A program made the position numbers and the translations under genes. The notes under the pieces were generated by a model that saw nothing but the letters and a program-made list of their open reading frames with translations, had not been told where the DNA came from and did not search any database. 57,300 bases of DNA from a virus, in IMG/VR virus record IMGVR_UViG_3300030521_000001, positions 1 through 57,300 of that record; one strand, given 5' to 3'. Positions 16,459-24,605 of this stretch are shown here, piece by piece. Positions within the stretch are counted from its first letter, which is position 1. Every line of letters starts with the position of its first letter.

Positions 16459-17466
16459 TCAGTAGTTCGGCGACCCTTCCGGCTCGTTGGCCCCGGCAGC
16501 CTCCGGGTCCTCCTGCAAGCTGTCGACGTCCTTGATGTTGAGCCCGGACGACTTCAGCGCCATGTGCATGTCCTTGTACAAGGCGTACTGCTCGGGGTCG
16601 GTGACGATGCCGGCGCCAGTCAATTGGATGTTCTTGTAGTCCTGGCTGGCCGCGTTGTGGTCGTCGAATGATGACAGCATGAACACCGAACCGAACAACG
16701 GCGTCCGGACGGTCTTCAGCTTGGTCATGAACTTGCGCCCAATCTTGATACTGGAACGCTGGAACGTCATCACGGCCGGCATCAGATCCGGGAAGTCCGG
16801 GAACATCATCACGAAATTGTACATCAGCGTTGCGGCCGGGGGCGAGTTGCTGTTGCCGGGGTCCATCGTTCCCCAGTTGGCGAGACCGGACTGTTCGACC
16901 GTAGGCATCAGTTTCCATTTGACCTTGGCCCCGCCGTCCTTGGGGTCGAGCTTCACTTCGAACTCACCGGAGGGCGGCGACCAGTGCACGCCGTCAGGCG
17001 CTCGGGCAATGATGCCGCCACCGTCGCCCCTCGGCCGCCACAGGATGAACTGGCGGTCCATGTAGACCGGCACCACCTTGAACGGCTCGTCGAACATCAT
17101 CTCCGACGCGGTGTGCAGGAAGTGACCCGGCCGCAGTTCGTCGTACAGCGTCAGTTCCTTGGACAGGCCCTGCATCAACTTGAGCCGGGGCATCTCCATG
17201 TCGTTCTGGCCGATGTTCTCCTTACCCATGTCGACGTCGTCGCGCATGTGGGCCGGAAGGTTGGCCGAAGTCGTGGAGGGGGCCGGCGCAGCGGTGCGGA
17301 CGGCAGGGGCATTGTTCAGCTTCTTGATGTCGCGCTTGTCGATTTCCTCGTGCGTCGGCTTGTCGGACGTGGTACGCCCGGTAGCAGCGCCGGCCCGGTT
17401 GACTGGCCTGGTAGCCGGCTTCTCGGGTTGCTTGGGCTGGGTGGTCTTCGTCGCGGTCTTAGCCAT
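16459..17466 (-). CDS. Hypothetical early protein (335 aa); possible DNA-binding or recombination-associated protein.
   Basis: ATG 17466 is preceded by CACATAGGAGAAACGTG. Lys/Pro/Thr-rich basic N-terminus, then a conserved-looking core starting MPRLKLMQGLSKE. No family recognised with confidence. Confidence 0.6.
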   Translation of the reverse strand: MAKTATKTTQPKQPEKPATRPVNRAGAATGRTTSDKPTHEEIDKRDIKKLNNAPAVRTAAPAPSTTSANLPAHMRDDVDMGKENIGQNDMEMPRLKLMQGLSKELTLYDELRPGHFLHTASEMMFDEPFKVVPVYMDRQFILWRPRGDGGGIIARAPDGVHWSPPSGEFEVKLDPKDGGAKVKWKLMPTVEQSGLANWGTMDPGNSNSPPAATLMYNFVMMFPDFPDLMPAVMTFQRSSIKIGRKFMTKLKTVRTPLFGSVFMLSSFDDHNAASQDYKNIQLTGAGIVTDPEQYALYKDMHMALKSSGLNIKDVDSLQEDPEAAGANEPEGSPNY

Positions 17467-17651
17467 CACGTTTCTCCTATGTGTGGCGGTTGCAATTACT
17501 TCCATCAGGCCGGTGTAGACACCTCGGGCCGCTAAGCCTTCCCGCTACTCCGTTTAACAATCCACTCCCCTACTACCTTTGCCGCTAAGCTCGGGACCCT
17601 CGGTTCGTGCTGTTCCCGCTTCCCACTGCGGTCTGCTCCTGCCTTAGTTGT

Positions 17652-18275
17652 TTAGGTCTTGGCCACCGTCGTGTTATTCAGGTCCGAGACCGTGAACAGG
17701 GCTTCCGGCAGGTCGATGTTCTTTTCCCTGAGGCCCTTGGCGTAGGCCGACAGCGTCGAGGCGTTGACGGTGGGCTGGATCAGGTCGCCGGCCTTGTTAT
17801 CGATCAGCCAGTTGTAAGCGTCTTCTTTCTGGCCCGGCATGATCGAGGCTACGACCCGTACCGATAGTCCGACCCGGAAGCCCTCAGATAGCGGCATGCT
17901 GTCGACCATCGCCGCCTCAAACGCGGCCGGAACGGTAAGTTCCTTGGTAACTTTCCATAGGCTTTTAAACTGCTTGAACGCTTTATCTTCCGACAGCATC
18001 CGCTCATTGAGGCGGTGCAACACCACGAAGGCACGGGCCAGTTGAATGGCGCCGGACTTGCCAGCAAACGCCAGTTGCCGCTCCAGGTCAACGTACAACG
18101 CCTCGATAGCCTGCACGTGCTTGATGATCTGCGCGCCGGCTGGTAGCGCGGCGACGATGCTAGCAGGGAGGCTTGCGCTTGGCGGGGTCGGTGAGGTATT
18201 CGACGTTTGCGATGTCTTCGAGACCTCGGGTGAGGTCTTCGATTGTGACGGTTTCGACTGCGAGTTCTTGGCCAT
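17652..18275 (-). CDS. Hypothetical early protein (207 aa).
   Basis: ATG 18275 is preceded by AACATAGGAGACACTG. Ser/Thr/Pro-rich N-terminus. Confidence 0.6.
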   Translation of the reverse strand: MAKNSQSKPSQSKTSPEVSKTSQTSNTSPTPPSASLPASIVAALPAGAQIIKHVQAIEALYVDLERQLAFAGKSGAIQLARAFVVLHRLNERMLSEDKAFKQFKSLWKVTKELTVPAAFEAAMVDSMPLSEGFRVGLSVRVVASIMPGQKEDAYNWLIDNKAGDLIQPTVNASTLSAYAKGLREKNIDLPEALFTVSDLNNTTVAKT

Positions 18276-18669
18276 CAGTGTCTCCTATGTTTGTCGAAGG
18301 TAGCACGGGTCGCGGGGTCGGCACAAGATGGTAGCTGATCAGAACCGGAATGTAATCGGAAATCTTGCGGTCGAAGCGCAGGACGCGGAATGACCCCCGC
18401 GCGGCCAGCATCGCCACGAACGCAACGAGTTGCAAGTGATCGCCGGCAATCAGCAAGTAGTCCACACTGGGATTGAACCCCGCAGCCGCAGCGTACAATG
18501 CTTGGCGGTCGTCAGCGGGTAGACACCAGTCTCCGATATTTGGGGATTCTTCGTAGGTGTTATCCAGTTCATCCCCGTACACGTAGCCCTTGGTGACGTA
18601 GCGCAATTCGCCGAAGCGCAGGGCCTGGGAAATGTCGTCGCGGACAGGATGGACGACAAAGACGGTCAT
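18160..18669 (-). CDS. Hypothetical early protein (169 aa).
   Basis: ATG 18669 is preceded by GACATAGGAGAACTGA. The 3' end overlaps the next gene by 116 nt, and that last part looks non-protein-like. Confidence 0.5.
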   Translation of the reverse strand: MTVFVVHPVRDDISQALRFGELRYVTKGYVYGDELDNTYEESPNIGDWCLPADDRQALYAAAAGFNPSVDYLLIAGDHLQLVAFVAMLAARGSFRVLRFDRKISDYIPVLISYHLVPTPRPVLPSTNIGDTDGQELAVETVTIEDLTRGLEDIANVEYLTDPAKRKPPC

Positions 18670-18713
18670 TCAGTTCTCCTATGTCCTCGTCGCGTTTGCG
18701 ATTGAGTGGGGCG

Positions 18714-18791
18714 CCCCTCCCCCACTGGCGCGACTAGCGGGGGAGGGGTCTTGACCGGCCGCGCTGGGGGTTGGGGCATCACGCGGCCGGT
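18714..18791 (-). other. Two consecutive perfect 10-bp GC-rich stem-loops.
   Basis: CCCCTCCCCC (18714-18723) pairs with GGGGGAGGGG (18739-18748). ACCGGCCGCG (18754-18763) pairs with CGCGGCCGGT (18782-18791). No U-tract follows either hairpin. Confidence 0.6.
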
Positions 18792-18800
18792 GTGGGAATA

Positions 18801-19247
18801 TCAGGCGGCGTCACCCTCGCTCCGCTCAACCTCGGACTTGCGCGATTTGCGGGCCTTCTTGCCCTTTGGCGTGGAACGCACTGACCGCGCGGCAATCTCC
18901 ACTTTCGGCAGTTCGACCTTTTGCGTCAGCTTCTCGACCGTGACGCCGCCGATCTTGACCGGGGTGCCGTTGCGGACCAGGGCGCGCAGCATCACGCCAA
19001 GCGTCATCCGGCGCAGACCGTCCTGCATCTTGGCGTGCTTCTTCATCCGCTCCTGCAGCTTGTTGGCGTTGATGATCGCGTCGAGTTCGCCGCCCTTGCT
19101 CTTGTGGAGCAGCATCGCCCGAGCAACGGCGTCGCCGTTGCCGCGCGAGGTACGCAGCTTGCCAGACTTGTCACGGATGCGGGTGGACTCGTAGACGCGG
19201 TCGCCAATCACGGAGGCGGTCTCGGACTTCTTCGGCTTCTTACTCAC
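18801..19247 (-). CDS. Hypothetical basic protein (148 aa, GTG start).
   Basis: GTG 19247 is preceded by AGGAGA at a 6-7 nt spacing. The C-terminal segment GLRRMTLGVMLRALVRNG resembles the tails of the 19309 and 21720 proteins. Confidence 0.5.
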   Translation of the reverse strand: MSKKPKKSETASVIGDRVYESTRIRDKSGKLRTSRGNGDAVARAMLLHKSKGGELDAIINANKLQERMKKHAKMQDGLRRMTLGVMLRALVRNGTPVKIGGVTVEKLTQKVELPKVEIAARSVRSTPKGKKARKSRKSEVERSEGDAA

Positions 19248-19308
19248 GTCGGTATCTCCTGTCGAAAGTGGCGGCCCGGCATTGGCGCCGGGCCAGTCAG
19301 GGAGGAAC

Positions 19309-19959
19309 TCAAACCCACTGGATCTCGAACTTGTCCCCACCATTTTGAGCACGGCGCAGCTTGGCGCGCAAGATGTTTGACACGTTCATTCGGGCCATTC
19401 CGGCATTCCAGGCGCCCGACTTGGTGGTTAGAGTGCCATACAGCGGCTTCCAGGCGCCGTTGGCCTCGGCGAAGCGGCGCAGCGCGGTCTTGCTGACCTT
19501 GCCGTCGTCGCCGGTCACATGCTCTGACACCCGTAGCGACAGGTCGTCACCGCACTTACCGCCGTGCGGCTTGTACAGTTCCTTGTATTTGTGCTTGACG
19601 CCGGAACGGCGCAGGTCGGCGTCGCTGTCCTCGTCGCTCTCGGTGGCCAGCGCCTCGGACTCCTCGCCGGTCTCCTCGTCGTCCTCAAGTTCCAACTCCT
19701 TGGCGCGCTTAACCACCTTGCGGACAAAACTCTTTGGAGGGTTCTTAGGATCAATAATAGTGTTCTTCTGCGCGACCGACTTCTTGTCCGGGTGCCCGGT
19801 CATCTTGGTGAGGGCCTCTTCGAGCACCTTGTTGCCCTGCAGGCCCGAGGCCAGCCGCTTGCCGGACTTGTCGGTGGCGACGACGTCGCCGTCTTCCAGG
19901 GTGAGGGTAACGTTGAACTTCTTGGCCTTGGCGAGAGTCGCGTGGTGGATGCGTGCCAT
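19309..19959 (-). CDS. Hypothetical protein (216 aa) with an acidic linker and a conserved C-terminal domain.
   Basis: ATG preceded by CACATAGGAGCAC. C-terminus FAEANGAWKPLYGTLTTKSGAWNAGMARMNVSNILRAKL is paralogous to the 21720-22277 product. Confidence 0.6.
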   Translation of the reverse strand: MARIHHATLAKAKKFNVTLTLEDGDVVATDKSGKRLASGLQGNKVLEEALTKMTGHPDKKSVAQKNTIIDPKNPPKSFVRKVVKRAKELELEDDEETGEESEALATESDEDSDADLRRSGVKHKYKELYKPHGGKCGDDLSLRVSEHVTGDDGKVSKTALRRFAEANGAWKPLYGTLTTKSGAWNAGMARMNVSNILRAKLRRAQNGGDKFEIQWV

Positions 19960-19986
19960 TTGGTAGTGCTCCTATGTGAGGTGGGT

Positions 19987-20205
19987 TTAAATGTGGGCGA
20001 TTAACATACCGGCCGGGCCGGGGCGCAAGTCACGTTCGTAGATAAATTGGCGACGCTTGCCGATCAGGAAAGAAAAGCCTCGCCCCAGTGGTGCATCGTC
20101 GACAGTGTGCGAGAAGACGGCCTTGCGGACGCGCTCTTCGCTGACGATTTCAAGGCGATAGGTCGCACCTTCGCTCAAGAGTGGTAATGTTGTGGGGACG
20201 TTCAC
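19987..20205 (-). CDS. Hypothetical protein (72 aa).
   Basis: ATGA-type overlap with the upstream gene. Confidence 0.45.
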   Translation of the reverse strand: MNVPTTLPLLSEGATYRLEIVSEERVRKAVFSHTVDDAPLGRGFSFLIGKRRQFIYERDLRPGPAGMLIAHI

Positions 20206-20420
20206 AGCGTCACCACTTCAACACTGATAATGCGGACGGTCTTGCCCGTTTCGCGTTCGATAAAGTCGCGGCCGATGTTGCGACGATCCAGTACCGCGTG
20301 GTTCTCCGCCGTCTGCAAGTTACGTGTCTCAAATTCACGCGTGCGTCCGTCAGCGTAGGTAGTGACGATCCTGTGGGTCTTGGGCATTGCGAGCGCGGCG
20401 GCGATCAGGGGGTGGGTCAT
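20202..20420 (-). CDS. Hypothetical protein (72 aa).
   Basis: ATG preceded by GACATAGGAACACGTA and by a promoter. Confidence 0.5.
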   Translation of the reverse strand: MTHPLIAAALAMPKTHRIVTTYADGRTREFETRNLQTAENHAVLDRRNIGRDFIERETGKTVRIISVEVVTL

Positions 20421-20450
20421 TACGTGTTCCTATGTCGAATTGACAGATAT

Positions 20451-20479
20451 ACCCTAGCACATTCCGAAACGTCGCACAA
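20451..20479 (-). promoter_or_regulatory. Extended -10 promoter, TTGTGC-N17(..GTGC)-TAGGGT.
   Basis: Minus-strand ACTTGTGCGACGTTTCGGAATGTGCTAGGGT. Lies in the 74-bp gap after the methyltransferase gene. Confidence 0.5.
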
Positions 20480-20494
20480 GTATTTCCGTACAAA

Positions 20495-21262
20495 TCACGA
20501 ACCTGTGATTTTATACGCGGCGCCGAAGGCCCTTGCCATGTAGACCGGCACGCCGTCGCCGATAGCTTCATACAAGGCACGCTGCCAGTGTACCTTTCGG
20601 TCCCTGTTTGGGCCGGGGTCGAACCAGTCGGGTATCTTGTACCACGCCCTCGGAATCTTGAATCCCTGATGATACGCGCATTCCTCGACCGTCAACTTAC
20701 GGCCATAGAACCGAGACGCCCGCAGCCGGTCCGACGCACAACCCTTGTACTCGGTAGCTGAAATGCACGGGCAAATGTCCGGTACCCAGCGCCGGTAGTC
20801 GCGGAATATCTTGGGGAACCGATAGTTGCCCCCCACAACACGGTTGCGATTCTGTATCGGGGTCTTGAGGAACTGGGCAGCATTGTAGGTGAAACCCCAC
20901 TCGTTGCCCTTGCTGCCCTGTATGGTGACGTTCTCAACCCACACCACCGGACACTTGCCGTCCAGGTTATCGAGGCACCACGGCAGGTAGTCCCTCTGGT
21001 ATTCAAGGTTTCGATAACCCCCCTTGCGGGTCAGGTCCTTGATCGCGGTCGAACGCTGGGCGCAAGGCGGTGACGCCCACACCGCGTCGAAACCACGCAG
21101 GTCAAACTTGGTGGCGTCCCCCAGCACGGAATTACCGCTACCTGTCAGTTTCGACAAATGGTGCTTGACCGGGTGAAGCTCGACGCCGACGCATTCATGC
21201 CCGGCCTGTTCAAGGCCAAGACGCGCCAGTCCGGCGCCGTCAAACAGCACTGCTATGCGCAT
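20495..21262 (-). CDS. DNA (cytosine-5)-methyltransferase.
   Basis: 255 aa. Motif I LFDGAGL; motif IV ASPPCAQRS; motif VI VWVENV; motif VIII QNRNR; motif X GDGVPV. Confidence 0.8.
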   Translation of the reverse strand: MRIAVLFDGAGLARLGLEQAGHECVGVELHPVKHHLSKLTGSGNSVLGDATKFDLRGFDAVWASPPCAQRSTAIKDLTRKGGYRNLEYQRDYLPWCLDNLDGKCPVVWVENVTIQGSKGNEWGFTYNAAQFLKTPIQNRNRVVGGNYRFPKIFRDYRRWVPDICPCISATEYKGCASDRLRASRFYGRKLTVEECAYHQGFKIPRAWYKIPDWFDPGPNRDRKVHWQRALYEAIGDGVPVYMARAFGAAYKITGS

Positions 21263-21381
21263 TTGTCGATCCTGATCTTAGCCCGCAACAATCTGGCCGC
21301 GCGGCCCTTGGCCTCGGCCACGTCGCCGGTGCTGTACAGCATGATGTTGAACAACTTGAACCAGCGCCAATCAATCGTCAT
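21253..21381 (-). CDS. Possible small ORF (42 aa).
   Basis: Internal ATG of ORF 21253-21495. Fills the gap between the HTH gene and the methyltransferase gene with short overlaps at both ends. Confidence 0.3.
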   Translation of the reverse strand: MTIDWRWFKLFNIMLYSTGDVAEAKGRAARLLRAKIRIDKCA

Positions 21382-21565
21382 CGCGAGGATTCCTGCAGGG
21401 TCGTAAGCCGAGCCGGCGCTGGATCTTGACCACCGTGCGTTCAGTGATCCCGAGTTCGTCGGCAACGGCTGCGGCGCAAATGCCGGCGCGTTCACGTATC
21501 TTGGACGCGTAGGCGCGGAACGCCGTATCGTGCCTCCTGGGCGGTAGGTCGAGCAGCGTGGTCAT
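21371..21565 (-). CDS. Small HTH DNA-binding protein (64 aa).
   Basis: The ATG overlaps the stop of the upstream mini-ORF (ATGA). HTH-like AAAVADELGITERTVVKIQRRLG. Confidence 0.5.
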   Translation of the reverse strand: MTTLLDLPPRRHDTAFRAYASKIRERAGICAAAVADELGITERTVVKIQRRLGLRPCRNPRDDD

Positions 21566-21672
21566 GACAGCAACCACACCAGCCACGCCGTCCCGGCCGC
21601 CGTGATGACGCACGAGCAGGTCCAGTCGATCATGACGCCGCGCCAGATCTCGCGCTCGGTTATCTGGTCCAT
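21562..21672 (-). CDS. Mini-ORF (36 aa) with a hydrophobic C-terminus.
   Basis: Not in the ORF track (too short). ATG 21672 is preceded by AACATAGGATGGACTGAA. Sequence MDQITEREIWRGVMIDWTCSCVITAAGTAWLVWLLS. Confidence 0.4.
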   Translation of the reverse strand: MDQITEREIWRGVMIDWTCSCVITAAGTAWLVWLLS

Positions 21673-21719
21673 TTCAGTCCATCCTATGTTGCCTAGATCT
21701 CGCGCCTTGGCTCTGGTTA

Positions 21720-22277
21720 TTAGTCGAGCCATTTTACCTGTAGACCTTTCTTCACTAAATTTTTTAATTTGTTTTTGATCGTCATCACGAGCAGCCCGCC
21801 GGTCAGTTTGCCATATTCAGGCTTCCAGACGCCGTTTAGTTCGGCGATCTGGCGGGCGTTGTACGCCTTAACGTCATGCAAACCATCATCACATTTCGCG
21901 ACTTGGCCTTCGTCGCGAGGGAGCACCGATGTTATGGCTCGCGGGGCTAGTGTCTTTGCCCCTCCATGGAGGATGTCCTCCACGAACTTGTTGCGCCGGG
22001 CGTCCCAGCGGAATTTGGAATGGTCGATCGCCTTGGACGCGAATCGGTTCTTCATCTTCGCGATCTGGTTCAGCGACTTTAGCCGCTTGTTCTCAGCCAG
22101 TTTGGCGACGAACGCGGCGGTCTGCTCGTCCTGAACAGGGGGCTGCATGTTGAACAGCGGCATCGCGCGGGGCGGGTTGGCGCGCCACAACGCGGCGCGC
22201 TCCTCGCGGGTCAGGATCAAGTCGGCCGGTAGGCCGTCCTGGACCATCCATTGTTGGGAACGTGTTAACATTAGCAA
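21720..22277 (-). CDS. Hypothetical protein (185 aa), paralogous C-terminal domain.
   Basis: ATG preceded by CACATAGGACTTGCTA and by a promoter. C-terminus IAELNGVWKPEYGKLTGGLLVMTIKNKLKNL matches the 19309-19959 product. Confidence 0.6.
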   Translation of the reverse strand: MLMLTRSQQWMVQDGLPADLILTREERAALWRANPPRAMPLFNMQPPVQDEQTAAFVAKLAENKRLKSLNQIAKMKNRFASKAIDHSKFRWDARRNKFVEDILHGGAKTLAPRAITSVLPRDEGQVAKCDDGLHDVKAYNARQIAELNGVWKPEYGKLTGGLLVMTIKNKLKNLVKKGLQVKWLD

Positions 22278-22294
22278 GTCCTATGTGAGCCCGC

Positions 22295-22323
22295 AGTAAA
22301 GCACGTTCCGTAGCGCGTGTCAA
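22295..22323 (-). promoter_or_regulatory. Extended -10 promoter, TTGACA-N17(..GTGC)-TTTACT.
   Basis: Minus-strand ACTTGACACGCGCTACGGAACGTGCTTTACT. The -35 element contains the TGA stop of the upstream gene. Confidence 0.55.
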
Positions 22324-23378
22324 GTGATCTTGCGGGTATCGTCCTTGTCGATCTGCTGGTCGAGCCCGACGCGATCGCCGGCCTGTCGGCCCTTGTCGTA
22401 ACCGGTCCAGTCGCGCTTGGCGCCCAGCCGCCACTGCTGCTCCTGCCAACGCCGGCGTTCGCGCTCTTCCTTGGCCAGCCGCTTGTTGCGTTGAATTTCA
22501 GTCTCGGCCTTGACCGGCCTGGGCTGGGCCTTGGCGTAATAGGACTCTTCGCTCAGGCCACTAACCATCCATTCGAACAGTTCCCCATCGGGGTCGATGT
22601 CGGGCCGGGTCCGGCGCAGGTCGGCCTTGCGTTGGTCTTCCTTGGCCTGCCTCTGCGCCTTGTACCATTCGTATTCGCGTTCCGCGTCGAGCCGCTTTTG
22701 TCTGGTGGTGCCGGGCGGTAGACCCTTTCGGAAATCTTCGTTCAGGTCCATCTCGTCCTGCACGTAGTCGCCCAGCACTACGACCAACGCGTTAGAACTG
22801 GCGGAGGCCGGGTGCTGATTGCGGACTTCCTGTTCGCGCCGGACTTGTTCCTGCCGTTCCACATCTTCGTCACGACGTTTCCTGAGCCGGTCGACGATGC
22901 GGTCGGAACAACCCTCCTTGAAGGAATGCGCGTAACGGGTGAAATACTGGGTCGGGTCTTGAATATCGGCACGAGCGAGGCGCTCGATGGTCTGCAGCAG
23001 ATAATCGAACATGACACGGGTCGTAGCCACATTCGCCGCGCGGCCAATCAACTGATAGCCGTCAAATATACGGTGGAACCCCCTACCGACTTCGTATTTT
23101 TCCTTGCAGAAGCAGAAGTTCAAATCGGCGATCGATGTCATCAGCGACCGTTGCCACTTGTAGACCTGACGATGCGAAATGCCGTCTTGGACGCGCTTGC
23201 CGTCGTCGCCCGACTGGCCCCCGGCCGCCTCTACGTTGGCCATCGACAGGTTGTGTTCCATCATCAGCGCCTGGGCCTTCTCGGCCGCCAGCGCGGCCTC
23301 GGCTTCGGTAGCCCCGCCGTCCCTGGACAGGGTCAGCAACTTATTGATTAGGGAGGATACTTTAGCGATGTCAGCCAT
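22320..23378 (-). CDS. DUF2786-type phage/plasmid protein (352 aa).
   Basis: N-terminus KVSSLINKLLTLSRDGGATEAEAALAAEKAQALMMEHNL is the typical DUF2786 helix pair. Arg/Glu-rich coiled C-terminal half. Confidence 0.55.
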   Translation of the reverse strand: MADIAKVSSLINKLLTLSRDGGATEAEAALAAEKAQALMMEHNLSMANVEAAGGQSGDDGKRVQDGISHRQVYKWQRSLMTSIADLNFCFCKEKYEVGRGFHRIFDGYQLIGRAANVATTRVMFDYLLQTIERLARADIQDPTQYFTRYAHSFKEGCSDRIVDRLRKRRDEDVERQEQVRREQEVRNQHPASASSNALVVVLGDYVQDEMDLNEDFRKGLPPGTTRQKRLDAEREYEWYKAQRQAKEDQRKADLRRTRPDIDPDGELFEWMVSGLSEESYYAKAQPRPVKAETEIQRNKRLAKEERERRRWQEQQWRLGAKRDWTGYDKGRQAGDRVGLDQQIDKDDTRKIT

Positions 23379-23405
23379 GGGTTCGTGCTCCTATGTGAAG
23401 CTATA

Positions 23406-23434
23406 TCTTTAGCACGCCCATTCCGATTTGTCAA
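23406..23434 (-). promoter_or_regulatory. Extended -10 promoter, TTGACA-N17(..GTGC)-TAAAGA.
   Basis: Minus-strand ACTTGACAAATCGGAATGGGCGTGCTAAAGA. The -10 element overlaps the TAA of the upstream gene. Confidence 0.5.
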
Positions 23435-23612
23435 GTACCATCAGGTCGGTAAGCTTGCGCGGGTCGTAGGCCCCGCGCGTGCCCAGCATCTTGACCGACC
23501 TGGGGCCGAGCAGCAACATCTGGCCGGGCTTTAAGTCCCAGTCTTTCATGACGGAAAGTACGGCCTTGTCGGCCAACGTGCCTTTGGTGTTGCGGATGCG
23601 CTCAGTCTTCAT
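23409..23612 (-). CDS. Hypothetical protein (67 aa).
   Basis: Internal ATG 23612 is preceded by AGGAAGGGGA. Confidence 0.45.
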   Translation of the reverse strand: MKTERIRNTKGTLADKAVLSVMKDWDLKPGQMLLLGPRSVKMLGTRGAYDPRKLTDLMVLDKSEWAC

Positions 23613-23663
23613 AGTCCCCTTCCTGTTCAAACCTCTGCTGGGCGTCAGGAGGCTATCGGCATG

Positions 23664-23876
23664 TCATTGTCCTATGATTTCCTGCAATACTTGTTGCGCC
23701 ACCATCTGCATGTGGTCACAGACCTGATCGCGGTCGCGTTGCTTGCAGCCGCAACCGCCCTCACCGTACATCACCGAGCAGATCCGCCACGCCACGCGGC
23801 GCGTCAATTCTTCCTTCGGGTCCGGGGGCGCCGATTGTTGCTGGCGCTGCTTGCGGCGATCGGACCAGACACTCAC
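23664..23876 (-). CDS. Hypothetical Cys-containing protein (70 aa).
   Basis: ORF in operon context, with a 4-nt overlap with the upstream gene. Confidence 0.45.
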   Translation of the reverse strand: MSVWSDRRKQRQQQSAPPDPKEELTRRVAWRICSVMYGEGGCGCKQRDRDQVCDHMQMVAQQVLQEIIGQ

Positions 23877-24055
23877 TGGAGACCGTTGGCCTTGGTCAAC
23901 TGGCCACGCTCGATCTGATAGCGACGCCGGTAGGTTTCGCGATCACTGTTACTAGGAGGGACGTTGATTTTACCCAAGAACGGCCGATGCTTGATCAGCC
24001 GTGTACGCCCATCCTTGTTCCTGCGCGGTTCGTCGTAGTGCCGTAATTCCTTCAT
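23873..24055 (-). CDS. Hypothetical basic protein (60 aa).
   Basis: ORF in operon context, with 4-nt overlaps on both sides. Confidence 0.45.
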   Translation of the reverse strand: MKELRHYDEPRRNKDGRTRLIKHRPFLGKINVPPSNSDRETYRRRYQIERGQLTKANGLQ

Positions 24056-24420
24056 TGCCGTTTCCTCAATACGCGTGGACCGCCCTTCTTGCGAACGACG
24101 GCCCCGCTGTCAATCCCACTCTTGCTGGTATTTTCCAAATCGTGGGTTACCGGGTCATGTTCAACCTCCGGGCCAGAGCTTTTCACCCTTGGTGATAGCC
24201 CAATGCCGGACTCTACCACGCGCCGGCCCTTGTCGTCAAGGATGAACGGCCGACCCTCGACCACTTCCCGTATTTCGTCGCTGACGTTACGCAGCGTGTC
24301 GGCCCACGACTTCGCCTCGTCGCGGTTGAGGCGATGCCTGGCCGAACACAGCGCCAGGCCGCCGGTGGTCGAGGCCACCAGCTTGTGCCACAGCAGGATA
24401 CGCTGGTAGAGTTCAGTCAC
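24052..24420 (-). CDS. Hypothetical protein (122 aa, GTG start).
   Basis: GTGA overlap with the upstream mini-ORF. Confidence 0.5.
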   Translation of the reverse strand: MTELYQRILLWHKLVASTTGGLALCSARHRLNRDEAKSWADTLRNVSDEIREVVEGRPFILDDKGRRVVESGIGLSPRVKSSGPEVEHDPVTHDLENTSKSGIDSGAVVRKKGGPRVLRKRQ

Positions 24421-24578
24421 TTGCTCAGTACGATGGTCGGCCCCGTCCGCTTCTCGGCGATGTAGACGTCGACCGCCTTCTCGAACGGTATCTTCTGGTC
24501 CGCCATGATCTTACGGATCGCCGCCTGCTGGGCGTTGGCGAGTTCCATAGTGGTCTTACCAGTGTGTTCAAGTGTCAT
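24417..24578 (-). CDS. Mini-ORF (53 aa).
   Basis: Not in the ORF track. ATG 24578 is preceded by AGGGAGA. Sequence MTLEHTGKTTMELANAQQAAIRKIMADQKIPFEKAVDVYIAEKRTGPTIVLSK. Confidence 0.45.
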   Translation of the reverse strand: MTLEHTGKTTMELANAQQAAIRKIMADQKIPFEKAVDVYIAEKRTGPTIVLSK

Positions 24579-24605
24579 GTTTCAGTCTCCCTTTCTGCGA
24601 GTGGG

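Noticed and set aside
17528-17590. GCCGCTAAGC occurs twice, 53 bp apart, in the 146-bp gap upstream of the 16459-17466 gene.
   Set aside because: There are only two copies, and no match to the promoter family or to other sites in the genome that I could find. Too weak to call a regulatory repeat.
18160-18275. The 116-nt overlap between genes 18160-18669 and 17652-18275 as a sign of a frameshift or sequencing error.
   Set aside because: The downstream start has a strong ACATAGGAG leader and is probably genuine. The overlap may simply mean the upstream ORF's tail is read through to a late stop. Nothing in the sequence alone decides this.
18739-18775. G-tracts (GGGGGAGGGG ... GGGGGTTGGGG) as a potential G-quadruplex.
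   Set aside because: The tracts are already explained as arms and loop of the two perfect hairpins. One loop would be 17 nt long, which is unfavourable for a stable quadruplex.
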